A DNA stretch of 64,000 bases from Prochlorococcus sp. AG-315-C08 (GTDB lineage: Bacteria; Cyanobacteriota; Cyanobacteriia; PCC-6307; Cyanobiaceae), in NCBI GenBank assembly GCA_003284185.1, contig QBWB01000001.1, forward strand, positions 1,526 through 65,525. Reading direction: 5' to 3'. The position numbers and the translations under genes were made by a program. Under the pieces are notes generated by a model. The model ran no database searches. It had not been told where the DNA came from and saw only the letters and a list, made by a program, of their open reading frames with translations. Shown here piece after piece: positions 53,202 through 64,000 of this stretch. How positions within the stretch are numbered: position 1 is the stretch's first letter; the number at the start of each line of letters is the position of its first letter.

Positions 53202-54128
53202 GTGACAGGTTGGCTTCTAATTTTTTCTTTATTAGTTTTAGGAGGAATAGTCTCTACATTGGGAGATAGGCTTGGTAGTAAAGTTGGAAAAGCACGTTTA
53301 AGCATCTTTAAGTTAAGACCCAAAAGCACAGCAGTATTGATAACTGTTTTTACTGGAAGTTTGATAAGTGCGATTTCATTCGCATTTATGGTTGCATTTA
53401 ATAGTCAGCTTCGAGTTGGATTATTTCAATTAGAGGGTATTCAATCAAGGATTAAAGAAAGAGAAAAAGAGTTGAAAAAATTAGAAAAAAATATATATGC
53501 TTTAAGAAGTGGAGATGTAGTAATAAGTAGTGGACAGTCTTTAGTTACTAAAACTATTCGCGTAGCAAATAATGAAGATATAAAAAAAGAAATTGAAAGG
53601 TTATTACAGCAAGCAAATTTCTATGCTTTTAATTTAGCAAAAACCAGTCAATCTCAGTACCGCAGGATATTATTAGTTCGTAAGGATCATATTGAAAAAC
53701 TAAAACAGATTATAGGTGATAATAGAACTTGGGTTGTAAGTATAAGATCTGCTGGGAATATATTAAGGGGTGAGAAATATGTTTATGCTTTCCCTGAGGT
53801 GACACTTAATAAAAATATTGTAAAAAAAGGAGAAGTAATCTCTAAAATGGATATTAAAGCCTCTGAGTTTGATTCAGAATCAATAACCAACAAGATCAAA
53901 ATTTTACTTGCTTCAACATTGGCTGAGGTCAAGCGAAGAGGATCCTTAAGTTCGGAGTTGAAAATAAATGCTAATCAGATTAATGATTTAGCTAAGAATT
54001 TAATTGGCAGAAAAGGGAACTTTGAAATTATTTCTAAGGCTATGAAAAATAGTTATAGCGCAGACAAGGTGTCTATTTTACTAGAGTTAAAGTCTTTAGA
54101 AGAAAGCATAAAAAATAATAACCAATGA
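53202..54128 (+). CDS. DUF3084 family protein
   Basis: LGG..STLGDRLGSKVGKARLSIFKLRPK.TA; usual ntcA neighbour. Confidence 0.85.
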   Translation: MTGWLLIFSLLVLGGIVSTLGDRLGSKVGKARLSIFKLRPKSTAVLITVFTGSLISAISFAFMVAFNSQLRVGLFQLEGIQSRIKEREKELKKLEKNIYALRSGDVVISSGQSLVTKTIRVANNEDIKKEIERLLQQANFYAFNLAKTSQSQYRRILLVRKDHIEKLKQIIGDNRTWVVSIRSAGNILRGEKYVYAFPEVTLNKNIVKKGEVISKMDIKASEFDSESITNKIKILLASTLAEVKRRGSLSSELKINANQINDLAKNLIGRKGNFEIISKAMKNSYSADKVSILLELKSLEESIKNNNQ

Positions 54129-54562
54129 CTAAATTAATTTCAATAGATCCTGGTCATAAAAAATGTGGAATATTATTAGCAGATGTCAAATCTAGAGATG
54201 TTATTGATGCAAGAATATCTAATTTAGAAAACTTTTCTGACTTGGTTTGTTTATGGAATGAAAAATATCATATCGAAAAGATAATTATCGGGGATGGAAC
54301 AAATTGTAAGTATTTAGAAGCAAAATTAAAAGAAAAAAAAATTAATAATATATTTTTCATTGATGAACGTGAATCAACATTGCGCGCAAGATTTAGATAT
54401 TGGGAGATATGGCCCCCTAACTTTATTTTTCGCTTTGTTCCAAAAGAATTACTTTTTCCGCCTGAAAATCTTGATGCAATTGTGGCATTGATTTTGTTAG
54501 AAGATTTTTTAAATCAAAGACTTAATTGGTCTAATAAAATCAAAATTAAAATTTGGCCCTGA
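54125..54562 (+). CDS. YqgF/RuvX-like RNase H-fold nuclease
   Basis: SIDPGHKKCG, IIGDGT, IDERESTLRAR, LDAIVA. Confidence 0.85.
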   Translation: MTKLISIDPGHKKCGILLADVKSRDVIDARISNLENFSDLVCLWNEKYHIEKIIIGDGTNCKYLEAKLKEKKINNIFFIDERESTLRARFRYWEIWPPNFIFRFVPKELLFPPENLDAIVALILLEDFLNQRLNWSNKIKIKIWP

Positions 54563-54803
54563 TAGTAAAAATATAATCACCTCCCGACTCAAGCTTGTAG
54601 TCTGTTTGGATGAGAAATCTTTCTAATGCATCTTTTATTAGTGCTCTACCTAAAGGAGGTTCAACATATAGTTGACCTTGACTAAAAGCCCAAGTGAAAT
54701 TCCATTCAAATTCTCCTGCAAAGACTTTTCCCTCTACTTGTTTTTCGTTGAAGCACTGCTTTTCAATTCTGAGATAGGCAGTGGTTGTTGGTTTGTCATA
54801 CAT
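54546..54803 (-). CDS. DUF3146-like conserved cyanobacterial protein
   Basis: PTTTAY, AGEFEW.F.W, PLGRALIKDALERFL, GGDY.F..RAKF. Confidence 0.82.
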   Translation of the reverse strand: MYDKPTTTAYLRIEKQCFNEKQVEGKVFAGEFEWNFTWAFSQGQLYVEPPLGRALIKDALERFLIQTDYKLESGGDYIFTIRAKF

Positions 54804-54814
54804 CTTCCAGAAAT

Positions 54815-55429
54815 CTATAAATTATCTGGTTTATAAGAGTTGAGTCTAGTACTAGTTTTCTCCCATCCATTTGTTTGAAGTAATTCAATCCCAATAATTA
54901 TCTCCTGTATTACCGAATTTAATATTGGTATTTCTTCTGATGAAAACCTTCCTAATACATGAGATACAGTTTTTGTTTTTTTCTCAGTAGTAATGCTGTT
55001 GTTGGGTGATCCAATGCCAATTTTTAATCTATGAAAATCACTTGTTCCTAAATGTTTGATAATACTTTTTAATCCATTATGTCCTCCTGAACTGCCCTTG
55101 GAACGAAGTCTTATTTTGCCAAGAGGGAGATCAATATCATCAACTAATACTAATAATTCATTGTTATTTAATCCAAACCAATCTTTAGCTGCACGTATTG
55201 ACCTTCCACTATCATTCATAAATGTAGTAGGCATTAAAAGCCTTTTTTTATTCTTACCTAGACCGATCTCACAAATCTTTCCAAAGAATTTTTTACTTTG
55301 ACGGAACTCTAAATTATTTAACTTGGCAATTTCCTCTAATACCATAAATCCAATGTTATGGCGGGTCTTAATATATTCTGCTCCAGGATTTCCCAAGCCA
55401 ACAAAAATTTTCAATTCACCTGAGCTCAT
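54815..55429 (-). CDS. pth: Peptidyl-tRNA hydrolase
   Basis: VGLGNPG..Y..TRHNIGF, PTTFMNDSG, GGHNGLKS. Confidence 0.97.
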   Translation of the reverse strand: MSSGELKIFVGLGNPGAEYIKTRHNIGFMVLEEIAKLNNLEFRQSKKFFGKICEIGLGKNKKRLLMPTTFMNDSGRSIRAAKDWFGLNNNELLVLVDDIDLPLGKIRLRSKGSSGGHNGLKSIIKHLGTSDFHRLKIGIGSPNNSITTEKKTKTVSHVLGRFSSEEIPILNSVIQEIIIGIELLQTNGWEKTSTRLNSYKPDNL

Positions 55430-55489
55430 ACCCTTGGTAAGAACTTAATAGTGATTTGAAGAGAGTTTTTTTTAGAGGCTTACGTGACA

Positions 55490-55711
55490 TCAATTCGCTT
55501 TGTCAGAAGAGTTGTCTTCATTTAAAGACTCGTCGTTTTCGGACATGGCATTTTTGATTTCACGTTCAAATTCTGTAGAAGCACTTTGAAGCCCTTTCAG
55601 AGTTTTGCCTAGGGTTCGCCCGAGTTCAGGAAGACGTTTTGGACCGAAAATAATCAATACCAAGCCAGCAATAACTGCTATTTCAGGCAGACCAACTCCA
55701 AAAATATTCAT
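55490..55711 (-). CDS. tatA: Twin-arginine translocase subunit TatA/E
   Basis: TM helix, FGPKRLPELGR.LG amphipathic helix. Confidence 0.93.
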   Translation of the reverse strand: MNIFGVGLPEIAVIAGLVLIIFGPKRLPELGRTLGKTLKGLQSASTEFEREIKNAMSENDESLNEDNSSDKAN

Positions 55712-55739
55712 GGGCGAACCTCAATGATTCAGAATTTGT

Positions 55740-55943
55740 TCAATTCACTCCATTCCAATCAATTGAGAACCCCTGAAGAAGAAGAGATTGATTATAAATC
55801 TGAAGCATAATTACTAGAAAGACAAGTAATAAGAGTCCTATAAAGGCCATCACGGGGACTGCACCCCATCCAGGTACTACCTTTCCTTGCCCAGAATTGC
55901 CGATTGATTTCAGCAAAGATCCAAGTGCTGTTTTTTGTCCCAT
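55740..55943 (-). CDS. psbH: Photosystem II protein PsbH
   Basis: From ATG 55943: [12 protein letters not shown]...GKVVPGWG...IYNQS (67 aa). Confidence 0.96.
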   Translation of the reverse strand: MGQKTALGSLLKSIGNSGQGKVVPGWGAVPVMAFIGLLLLVFLVIMLQIYNQSLLLQGFSIDWNGVN

Positions 55944-56323
55944 GTTCGTTACTCGAAGCTCAGATTTTGTTTGAGTCAAGATATTGTATGAGACATAGTC
56001 CAAAAGAAGACGCCACTGTTGAAACTTGTGATGGAATGTTCTAAAAAATTTTCAAAACTTGGAATCAAAACAGCCTTGAGCAGTGGATCCATATCGAAAT
56101 AAATGACAGAAAAATGGTCTTTAGGTTAAAGATTTTTGGTATATCAAAATAAATTTTTTGTTTGTTTTATGACTAAAAATTCAGTATTTAAAAGGCTTTA
56201 GAGATCTTTTTTAGAAGAAAATCTAGTTTTCATTATCCAAAAGTCTGTAACACCTTTGCTTTTCTGATTGGAGTTGATGACTTCATAGGATAGGTTTGAA
56301 CTCTATCTAGTCAGTCCGTATCC

Positions 56324-56452
56324 ATGCTTGCCCTTAAGATTTCCGTCTACACGGTCGTCTTCTTTTTTGTTGGGATCTTTTTGTTTGGCTTTTTGGCAAG
56401 TGATCCAACAAGGACACCAAATAGAAAGGATCTAGAAAGTCCTCAGGATTAA
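56324..56452 (+). CDS. psbI: Photosystem II protein PsbI
   Basis: Manual translation [42 protein letters not shown]; below ORF-track length cut-off. Confidence 0.96.
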   Translation: MLALKISVYTVVFFFVGIFLFGFLASDPTRTPNRKDLESPQD

Positions 56453-56532
56453 CACTGACACGCTAATTACTGGTCTCAAAAAGCTCCTGTATTAGCATTG
56501 CTCAGTATCATCATTTCGTCGGCAAGAGGAAT

Positions 56533-58563
56533 TTGGCGGCGAAATTTAATTATTTTGTATTCGTAAGCCTTAGAGTTCTAGGGCTTGCTTTTTTGTTTTC
56601 ACTATTTGACATAGTTAAGGCAGTAGAAAATACTGACTTGGATTTTGTAAATGATGTTAACTATAGTTTGGTTTCTGATAGTTCAATTAATAAATTTGAT
56701 TTTTTGGGATTAAAGAGATCCGAACTTTTATCTTATGAAAAATATGAAAAACCTATTTTAACCTTGAAGATTTTTGCAGATAAGCAATATGATTATAATC
56801 AAAATATTTATGTTGCTAAAGGTAATGCTAAGGCAATCATTAATGGAGGTGTCCTAAGGGCTGACCTTATGAAATATGATAGCCTATCTAATACTTTAAT
56901 CGCAGAAGGAAATGTAAGATTTAAAAGAGGGGGGCAATATTTTAGGGGGGAAAGTTTTAAATATGATTTGCTTAAGAAAGAAGGAAAGATTGAAGATTCC
57001 TATGGAATTCTGGATCTTAATAATGTAATTGAAGATTTGAAATTAAATAGCAAGATCGGTAAATCAATAATACAAAATAGTTCTGCAAATAATTTAAAAA
57101 AGAATAGAAAAATTGATTTTTCAGATGGTATTCAATTTGCAATTGGTAATATTAAAGTACCAGTAAATCAAATAACTAGAACTGATAAAGTAATAGGTTT
57201 AATTAATAATTGGAGGTTTAAATCGAAACATATTCTTATTGAAGAAAATGGATGGAAATCTGAAAAGATGATTTTTACAAATGATCCTTTTGACCCTATT
57301 CAAATTTCTTTTGAAGCATTTGATGTTACGGCTAGAGAAGAAAATGATGAAATGGTTATTACTTCATCCAAGAATTATTTAAACTTCCAGGGGATTGCAA
57401 AAATTCCTATTGGACAAAAAAGGTTTGGTGGAGAGAGAAAGAAAAAAAGTAGATTTGAATTAATCTTTGATAGTATAGATCGAGATGGATTGGTATTGAT
57501 TAGAAGGAATGATTCTATTAGATTAAATGAGAAGATTGATATAGATCTTCAGCCTCAATTCTTAATACAAAGAGCTTTAAAAGGTGAAACTAATAGCTAT
57601 GAAAATAATAATAATAAAATAAAATTTTCGGATCTAATTGGTGCAAAATTAAATATTGATGCTTATTCTAAAAATTGGAAATATAAGAGTAATACTGATT
57701 TTAGCACGCTAAATATTGATAGGTTATTTGATGGTTTAAGGCATTCATCAACATTGAAGAGGGAATTAAAATCGCCTATTTTGAATGAGGTTGATCTTAA
57801 TATATTTACTGCTTATAGGTTTAGAGCTTGGAATGGGACAATTGGTGAAACAGAAATAAAATCAGCTTATGGTGGATTTCTTAATAAAGGAAATGAGTTT
57901 GATTTAGGGCCAATAAAAAATAGATTAAACTTTCGTATTGGATTGGCAAATTATGAAGCAGAAAAACTTTTTAGTAATGCATCAACTAGTCTTTGGCGCT
58001 CTAGTTTATTTGCCTCATTAGATAGTGATTATTATCTCTGGCAGAGTGATGAAGAAAATTTAGAAAGTAAATCTACAAGTCTTTTATCTCCTGTTTTGAT
58101 AAAACCCGAATTAATTGTAAGAACTAAAATTAATTCAGCCTACTTTAACTATGAAGATGGCAGTAATCAGGCTTTTGTGAAATTGAGTGCGGGACCAGAA
58201 CTTAGATTAGGAAATTTAAAAAGAAATTTCCTTGATTATACTAAGATTTCAATTATGCCAGGTATTAAAATCAAATCAGGAAATAGTCCATTTAAATTTG
58301 ATAATGCAATAGATTTAAGAACAATAAATCTGGCTTTAATCCAGCAATTGTATGGACCTTTTATATTGAGTCTCGAATCAAATATTAATGTTGATACTGA
58401 GTCAGATAACTACCGAGAATATTTTGGAACAAAGTTAGGCTTGTTAGTGCATAAGCGTGCATATGAATTTGGACTTTACTATCATCCAAATGAGAATGCC
58501 GGTGGAGTATATTTTCGTTTGAATGGTTTTAAATTCGATAATGGAGTGAAAGCAATGTTTTAA
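56533..58563 (+). CDS. DUF3769 / LptD(OstA)-like outer-membrane protein
   Basis: OstA-like N-terminus (ADKQYD, LRAD, AEGNVRF.RG.Q), WRF, FTNDPF, beta-strand-rich C-terminus ending in F. Confidence 0.8.
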   Translation: MAAKFNYFVFVSLRVLGLAFLFSLFDIVKAVENTDLDFVNDVNYSLVSDSSINKFDFLGLKRSELLSYEKYEKPILTLKIFADKQYDYNQNIYVAKGNAKAIINGGVLRADLMKYDSLSNTLIAEGNVRFKRGGQYFRGESFKYDLLKKEGKIEDSYGILDLNNVIEDLKLNSKIGKSIIQNSSANNLKKNRKIDFSDGIQFAIGNIKVPVNQITRTDKVIGLINNWRFKSKHILIEENGWKSEKMIFTNDPFDPIQISFEAFDVTAREENDEMVITSSKNYLNFQGIAKIPIGQKRFGGERKKKSRFELIFDSIDRDGLVLIRRNDSIRLNEKIDIDLQPQFLIQRALKGETNSYENNNNKIKFSDLIGAKLNIDAYSKNWKYKSNTDFSTLNIDRLFDGLRHSSTLKRELKSPILNEVDLNIFTAYRFRAWNGTIGETEIKSAYGGFLNKGNEFDLGPIKNRLNFRIGLANYEAEKLFSNASTSLWRSSLFASLDSDYYLWQSDEENLESKSTSLLSPVLIKPELIVRTKINSAYFNYEDGSNQAFVKLSAGPELRLGNLKRNFLDYTKISIMPGIKIKSGNSPFKFDNAIDLRTINLALIQQLYGPFILSLESNINVDTESDNYREYFGTKLGLLVHKRAYEFGLYYHPNENAGGVYFRLNGFKFDNGVKAMF

Positions 58564-58568
58564 ATCTT

Positions 58569-59180
58569 TTATTTGAAATTGTTTAAATAAGGTAATCTTT
58601 GCATTGTTTCTTTTATTCTTTCTTCTTCCTGCAAGAGTTGTTTCGTTGCATCCCATTTCCCAGAAAGGAGCATTTTTTTGTCACCTTCTTCAATCTGTAG
58701 TTTGAATGTTTCTTTATTATTTGCTATTGCTAATTCCTGAAGATTGAACTCCCAAATTAGCTTTGGGTTTTTATTGACTTCGTTTTGTAATCTTTTTATT
58801 TCTAATTTTGATGAAGTTAGACATGGGATGCCCAAGGCAAGACAATTTCCAAAAAATATTTCTGCAAAACTCTCTCCTATAATTAGTCTGATCCCCCATC
58901 TCATCAGGGCTTGTGGTGCATGCTCTCTGCTTGAACCGCATCCGAAATTATCATTTACTATAAGAATCTTTGCTCCTTTATTCTCCTTCAGATCAAATGG
59001 ATGTAAGCCTTTTACTTCAGTTCTATCATCAGCGAAAACTTGTTCTCCCAAAGCAGAAAAACTGACACATTTGAGAAATCTTGCTGGAATTATTCTGTCT
59101 GTATCAATATCATCACCTGTGATGGCCAAGCTTCTGCCTAGAATTGTATTTATTTCGCCTGCTGGAAAATCTTGTTTCAT
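58569..59180 (-). CDS. leuD: 3-isopropylmalate dehydratase small subunit
   Basis: DIDTDRIIPARFL, NFGCGSSREHAP, SFAEIFFGN. Confidence 0.97.
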   Translation of the reverse strand: MKQDFPAGEINTILGRSLAITGDDIDTDRIIPARFLKCVSFSALGEQVFADDRTEVKGLHPFDLKENKGAKILIVNDNFGCGSSREHAPQALMRWGIRLIIGESFAEIFFGNCLALGIPCLTSSKLEIKRLQNEVNKNPKLIWEFNLQELAIANNKETFKLQIEEGDKKMLLSGKWDATKQLLQEEERIKETMQRLPYLNNFK

Positions 59181-59192
59181 TTTTAGATAGTC

Positions 59193-60614
59193 CTATGAGA
59201 ATTTTGAATTTTTCAAGAGTTTCCTTACATCGGTAACTTTTCCATTGATTGCAGCAGCAGCAACCATAGCTGGGCTCATTAATAAGGTTCTTCCATTCGC
59301 AGAGCCTTGTCTGCCTTTGAAATTTCTATTACTGGAACTTGCACTTATTTGCCTTCCATCCAGTTTGTCAGGATTCATTGCTAGACACATAGAGCAGCCT
59401 GGTTGTCGCCATTCGAAACCAGCTTCAAGGAAAATCTTATCAAGACCTAGGTGCTCAGCCTGCCTGGCTACATGCTGTGAACCAGGAACTATAAATGCTT
59501 TTATTCCAGTTGCCACTTGATGACCTTCTACTATTTTAACTGCTTCTTGGAGGTCGCTTAATCTGCCATTGGTACAGCTTCCAATGAAACAAACATCAAT
59601 TTTTGTCCCTTCAATTGGTGAGCCAGGGGCAAGATTCATATAAGAGCATGCATCTTTGGCTATTTGTTGGTCGTTTTTTGGAAGTAATTCAGGATATGGA
59701 ATTTTTTCTTTGATAGATATTCCTTGTCCTGGTGTTATTCCCCAAGTCACTGTTGGTTCAATGGTTGTTGCATTTAACTTAATCTCATCATCAAAAATAG
59801 CGTTGGAGTCACTGGATAAACTTTTCCACCAACGAATAGCTAAATCCCATGCTTTTCCTTGAGGTGCATATTTTCTACCTTTTAAATATTGATATGTATT
59901 CTCATCAGGATTGATATAGCCGCATCTTGCGCCTCCTTCTATAGCCATATTGCAAATGGTCATCCTTTCTTCCATAGAGAGTTTCTCTATGGCGGGACCA
60001 GCGAATTCATAAGCAAAACCAACTCCACCTTTAACACCTAACGTACGAATAATATGGAGAATTAGATCTTTCGCATAAACACCTTGGCTGAGTTCTCCTT
60101 CAATCCAAATTCGTCTAACTTTTAATTTTTTCATAGCCAAGCTTTGACTAGCTAAAACATCTCGAACCTGACTAGTTCCTATCCCAAAGGCAATTGCTCC
60201 AAATGCTCCATGGGTTGAGGTATGTGAATCTCCGCAGGCTACAGTCATTCCTGGTTGTGTTAATCCAAGCTCTGGAGCCATAACATGAACGACTCCTTGA
60301 TTCTCGCTACCTATGCCATGAAGTTTAATTTCATGAACGCTGCAATTTCTTTCTAGAGTAGAAAGCATCTCTTCCGCAAGAGGATCAAGGAAGGGACGCT
60401 GTTGAGTTGTTGTTGGAACAATATGATCAACTGTTGCAACAGTTAGCTGTGGAAACTTGACTTTTAGTTTTTTTTCTTCAATCGCTGCAAATGCTTGTGG
60501 GCTAGTTACTTCGTGAATAAGATGAAGACCAACAAAAAGTTGGGAAGGTCCAGCGGATGATTTCCTTACCCGGTGTAAGTTCCAAACTTTGTCATAGAGG
60601 GTGTTCGAACTCAA
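59193..60614 (-). CDS. leuC: 3-isopropylmalate dehydratase large subunit
   Basis: [49 protein letters not shown]. Confidence 0.98.
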   Translation of the reverse strand: MSSNTLYDKVWNLHRVRKSSAGPSQLFVGLHLIHEVTSPQAFAAIEEKKLKVKFPQLTVATVDHIVPTTTQQRPFLDPLAEEMLSTLERNCSVHEIKLHGIGSENQGVVHVMAPELGLTQPGMTVACGDSHTSTHGAFGAIAFGIGTSQVRDVLASQSLAMKKLKVRRIWIEGELSQGVYAKDLILHIIRTLGVKGGVGFAYEFAGPAIEKLSMEERMTICNMAIEGGARCGYINPDENTYQYLKGRKYAPQGKAWDLAIRWWKSLSSDSNAIFDDEIKLNATTIEPTVTWGITPGQGISIKEKIPYPELLPKNDQQIAKDACSYMNLAPGSPIEGTKIDVCFIGSCTNGRLSDLQEAVKIVEGHQVATGIKAFIVPGSQHVARQAEHLGLDKIFLEAGFEWRQPGCSMCLAMNPDKLDGRQISASSSNRNFKGRQGSANGRTLLMSPAMVAAAAINGKVTDVRKLLKNSKFS

Positions 60615-60638
60615 CTTTCAAATTTAGTAATAAGGAAC

Positions 60639-61931
60639 TTAACTTTCATTTAGCATACATAAACGTAATCTATCGAGAGCCTTTAAAACGCTTAATTTTT
60701 GAATATCTTTTCTTGTCTTATAAGATCCAAATTTTTCTTCCCATGTCACCATTTTATTTGGCCCTTTAATGCAAAAATATACTAAGCCAATAGGTTTCTC
60801 TTCACTTCCTCCAGAAGGACCAGCTATGCCGCTTATAGAAATTGACCAATTCACTTGGAATTTTTTTTGGACACCCTCTGACATGGCCTCAACAACTTGA
60901 GAGGAAACCGCTCCATATTTTGTAATTATTTCTTCTGCTACTCCTAATAATTCTTGTTTAATTGAATTTTTATAAGCAATTATTCCTCCCAAAAAAACCT
61001 TGGAAGAACCTGGAATTTTGGTAAGTGAAAATCCTAAGCCACCGCCAGTACATGATTCCGCTACCGCAAGGGTTTCTTTGTTATTGATTAGCATTTTAAT
61101 TACTAATTTTTCTAGAGTTTGATTGTTCTCTCCATAGCATTTTGAACCTGTTAATTTAATTAATTCTTTTTCGATAGGCGCTATCTTTTTATTCGCTTCC
61201 TCTAAGTTAATTCCTTTAGCCGTGATTCTTAATTTTACTTGTCCAAGACTTGCATAGGTTGCAACAGTTGGATTTTCTTTTTTAAGTAAATGTGGAATTT
61301 TATCCGCTAAAGATGATTCACCTATACCTGAAAAGAGTAAGACTTTACTTGCTATATGTTCGTTAGAAAAACTGTTTTTCACAAGCCAAGGGACGGCTTC
61401 TTCTCTCCACATTTCTTTAAGCTCACTTGGCACACCTGGAAAAGTCATGACGAAGAACCCAGGAATTGGACTCCAAATAATCCCAGAGGCTGTTCCAGTC
61501 TTGTTTTTTAAAATTTCAGATCCAGATGGAACTAAGCACTGCTTCTTTTGACTGTCGGATAATATATAATCTTTATCTTTTAATTTATTTTTTAATTCAA
61601 TTAAAAGATCCTTTCTTTCCTCTAAGGGTGTATTGAATGCCGAAGCAATTGTCTGAGTTGTTATGTCATCAGGAGTTGGACCTAATCCGCCAGTTGTTAT
61701 AAGAATTTGGCATCTATATGAAGCTTCAACTATTGCCTCTTTTAGTCTCAAAGAATTATCTCCAATAACAGTCTGTCTAAAATGGTGTATTCCTAAAAAA
61801 GCTAATTCCTCTGCTAACCATTTAGCATTACTATTTATGATATTACCAAGTAATAATTCACTGCCAATGCATAGAATTTCAGCACCTTTATTTTTTTTAT
61901 TTTGTGTTATAGGTTCTTTAATGATTTTCAC
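60639..61931 (-). CDS. cinA: Competence/damage-inducible protein CinA (MoCF domain + PncC)
   Basis: [48 protein letters not shown]. Confidence 0.94.
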   Translation of the reverse strand: MKIIKEPITQNKKNKGAEILCIGSELLLGNIINSNAKWLAEELAFLGIHHFRQTVIGDNSLRLKEAIVEASYRCQILITTGGLGPTPDDITTQTIASAFNTPLEERKDLLIELKNKLKDKDYILSDSQKKQCLVPSGSEILKNKTGTASGIIWSPIPGFFVMTFPGVPSELKEMWREEAVPWLVKNSFSNEHIASKVLLFSGIGESSLADKIPHLLKKENPTVATYASLGQVKLRITAKGINLEEANKKIAPIEKELIKLTGSKCYGENNQTLEKLVIKMLINNKETLAVAESCTGGGLGFSLTKIPGSSKVFLGGIIAYKNSIKQELLGVAEEIITKYGAVSSQVVEAMSEGVQKKFQVNWSISISGIAGPSGGSEEKPIGLVYFCIKGPNKMVTWEEKFGSYKTRKDIQKLSVLKALDRLRLCMLNES

Positions 61932-63207
61932 TATATAAAGGGAATTTATTGCAAAGTTCAGATACTTTTTTTATAGAGCTCTCTTTTACTTTTTCATCAT
62001 CAGGATTAAGAAGTCTGTTAGCAATAATATCGCCTACATCTTCAAAGGCTTTTTCATCAAATCCTCGAGTAGTCAATGCTGCGGAACCAAGTCTTAATCC
62101 ACTGGTAACAAAGGGAGATTCAGGGTCAAAGGGCACAGTATTTTTATTGGCTGTAATTTGAATGTCACTTACTAATTGATCAGCAAGTTTACCTGTCATC
62201 CCAATGCTTCTTAAATCAAGAAGAACTATATGATTATCGGTACCTTTGCTGACTATTGAAATGCCTCTGTTTTGGAGTGTTTCTGCTAGGGCTTGGGCAT
62301 TAGATATTACCTTTTGAGAGTAAATTGCAAAATCAGGTTCTGAAGCTTCTTTGAATGCAACAGCTTTGGCTGCAATTACATGCTCTAATGGACCACCTTG
62401 AGTCCCTGGGAATACTGATTTATCAAGCTTTTTGCCTATCTCTTCATCTCTTGAAAGGATTAAGCCACCTCTAGGGCCTCTAAGTGTCTTATGAGTAGTT
62501 GTAGTAACCACATCGCAATATGGTATTGGATTTGGGTGAAGACCACTTGCGACTAATCCAGCAATATGTGCAATATCTGCAAGTAAAAAAGCATTAACTT
62601 CATCTGCAATAGATCGGAATGCTTTGAAGTCAATTTTACGTGGGTAGGCGGAAAATCCACAGATAATTAACTTAGGTTGATTTTCAATAGCCTTTTTTCT
62701 AATAGCTTCCATATCAAGCATTTCGGTCTTTTTATCCACTTCGTAATGGCAGGCTTTAAACCATTTACCACTCACATTTACTGGTGATCCATGAGTTAGG
62801 TGTCCTCCATGTGACAAATCCATCCCCATTATTGTGTCACCAGGCTTTAGAAGACTTAAAAAAACGGCAAAATTTGCTTGTGCACCACTATGCGGTTGAA
62901 CATTCGCCCAATTAGCTTTGAAAAGATTTTTAGCCCTGTCAATTGCCAATTTTTCAATTTCATCAACATATTCACAGCCTCCGTAATAACGTTTATTTGG
63001 CAGACCTTCCGCATATTTGTTTGTAAGCACTGATCCTTGTGCATGCATGACAGCAGTAGAAGCAAAGTTTTCGCTTGCTATCAGCTCTAGATGTGTTTCT
63101 TGACGGGTTAATTCCTTTTTAATTAATTTTGCAACACTTGGATCTGTTTCAATTAAAGGAGATTTAATAGTCACTTTATATTTTTTGAATAATTGGATAG
63201 TACGCAT
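61918..63207 (-). CDS. glyA: Serine hydroxymethyltransferase (start may be GTG 63174)
   Basis: [34 protein letters not shown]. Confidence 0.98.
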   Translation of the reverse strand: MRTIQLFKKYKVTIKSPLIETDPSVAKLIKKELTRQETHLELIASENFASTAVMHAQGSVLTNKYAEGLPNKRYYGGCEYVDEIEKLAIDRAKNLFKANWANVQPHSGAQANFAVFLSLLKPGDTIMGMDLSHGGHLTHGSPVNVSGKWFKACHYEVDKKTEMLDMEAIRKKAIENQPKLIICGFSAYPRKIDFKAFRSIADEVNAFLLADIAHIAGLVASGLHPNPIPYCDVVTTTTHKTLRGPRGGLILSRDEEIGKKLDKSVFPGTQGGPLEHVIAAKAVAFKEASEPDFAIYSQKVISNAQALAETLQNRGISIVSKGTDNHIVLLDLRSIGMTGKLADQLVSDIQITANKNTVPFDPESPFVTSGLRLGSAALTTRGFDEKAFEDVGDIIANRLLNPDDEKVKESSIKKVSELCNKFPLYSENH

Positions 63208-63277
63208 ATGTCTACTCTAATGAGAGAAAACTTTCTCTTATTTTTTATTTTTATTGGGATTCTCATATTATTCAAAA

Positions 63278-63351
63278 CGCGCCTGGAGAGATTCGAACTC
63301 CCGACCCTCTGATCCGTAGTCAGATGCTCTAATCCGCTGAGCTACAGGCGC
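63278..63351 (-). tRNA. trnR: tRNA-Arg(ACG)
   Basis: GCGCCTG acceptor stem, anticodon arm TCTGA-CTACGGA-TCAGA, GTTCGAA T-loop; CCA not encoded. Confidence 0.96.
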
Positions 63352-63542
63352 ACGAAAAAACAATATCAGATTGACTACCGTAATAATAGAAAAATATGGA
63401 CATAACCTTTTCTTCAAAATTCATTGAAATGGAGTGAGATTTTTATAGATGTTCTTTTTGATTTAATATGGGATGAGTTTTAATAATTGGCCAATGCCTT
63501 TTTCTGTTCAAAAGCATTTTTAATTAGGAGAATTCTTCTCAT

Positions 63543-63839
63543 ATGTCTAGTTCTATCGATGCTTCTCAAATCCATGAATTGGAGGTCTTGATTGCAGACC
63601 GCTTATTTCTTCAGGTAGGAAATTGGAACTTATATCTAGGAGATGCTGGTTTAGCTAAGGATTTAGCTATTGAATGTCAAATAAATTTTCAGCATGGTGC
63701 CAATGTTGCCGCTAGGAAGGCTTTGGAGGCAGTTCAAGTAAAGCTTGGGGGTGGTAGTACTAAATTACCTTTGTCAAGATTAATTCCACCAAATCAATTT
63801 TTTGACTTAGAAGAGATTTTAGAACCCTATTGCAGATAA
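63543..63839 (+). CDS. DUF3181-like conserved cyanobacterial protein
   Basis: IADRLFLQVGNWNLYLGDAGLA, VKLGGG..KLPL..LIP. Confidence 0.8.
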   Translation: MSSSIDASQIHELEVLIADRLFLQVGNWNLYLGDAGLAKDLAIECQINFQHGANVAARKALEAVQVKLGGGSTKLPLSRLIPPNQFFDLEEILEPYCR

Positions 63840-63879
63840 AATTGAATTAATTGTTTTAGTAATCTTGCTAATTATTGAG

Positions 63880-64000
63880 GTGACTAATGCTCGAGAAGTC
63901 GTTAGGCAGAGAATTGGTCGCTTAGGGGAACGTCTTATCGGGAAAATTGCTGATTCTGATGCTCAGGTAGAAAAGGAATTAATAAAGGAAATGGAGATGG
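63880..64000 (+). CDS. Conserved hypothetical protein (5' part; runs off window)
   Basis: GTG 63880: MTNAREVVRQRIGRLGERLIGKIADSDAQVEKELIKEMEM..., open to the window end. Confidence 0.7.
   Translation, partial: MTNAREVVRQRIGRLGERLIGKIADSDAQVEKELIKEMEM

Noticed and set aside
55944-56003. 20-aa N-terminal extension of PsbH in the ORF track
   Set aside because: PsbH homology starts at MGQKT (ATG 55943)
57604-57616. Short AAT repeat in the DUF3769 gene
   Set aside because: Encodes an in-frame Asn run, expected by chance in AT-rich DNA
63208-63542. tRNA-Arg as a possible integration site
   Set aside because: Flanked directly by core genes; no att-like repeat seen

Overview
AT-rich (roughly one-third GC by eye), gene-dense core-chromosome segment of a marine picocyanobacterium, most consistent with a low-light Prochlorococcus. 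It runs from ylqF/pgk through murG, pyrD, rnhA, the secE-nusG-rplKAJL cluster, clpB, eno, a flavin thioredoxin reductase with SbtB-like/SbtA/BicA neighbours, hemB, mutS2, obgE, CP12, psbA, aroC, ftsH, sat, psbO, coaBC, pyrB, crtR, ileS, thyX-dcd-cobO-like, ntcA, psbH/psbI, leuCD, cinA and glyA, with tRNA-Leu(TAG) and tRNA-Arg(ACG). I see no mobile element, prophage, CRISPR array or island, and no clearly novel multi-gene system. The best leads are subtle: (1) an NrdR-like palindrome heading an operon of a P-loop-degenerate CobO homologue plus dcd and thyX; (2) apparent absence of glmM and psbN from their usual loci, with a possible psbN remnant; (3) an MPG gene that needs an ATT/ATC start; (4) a one-base frameshift at the 5' end of a membrane-anchored hypothetical gene; (5) a structured, possibly Yfr2-like element upstream of psbA. 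All product calls are from motif recognition and recalled synteny, not database searches.
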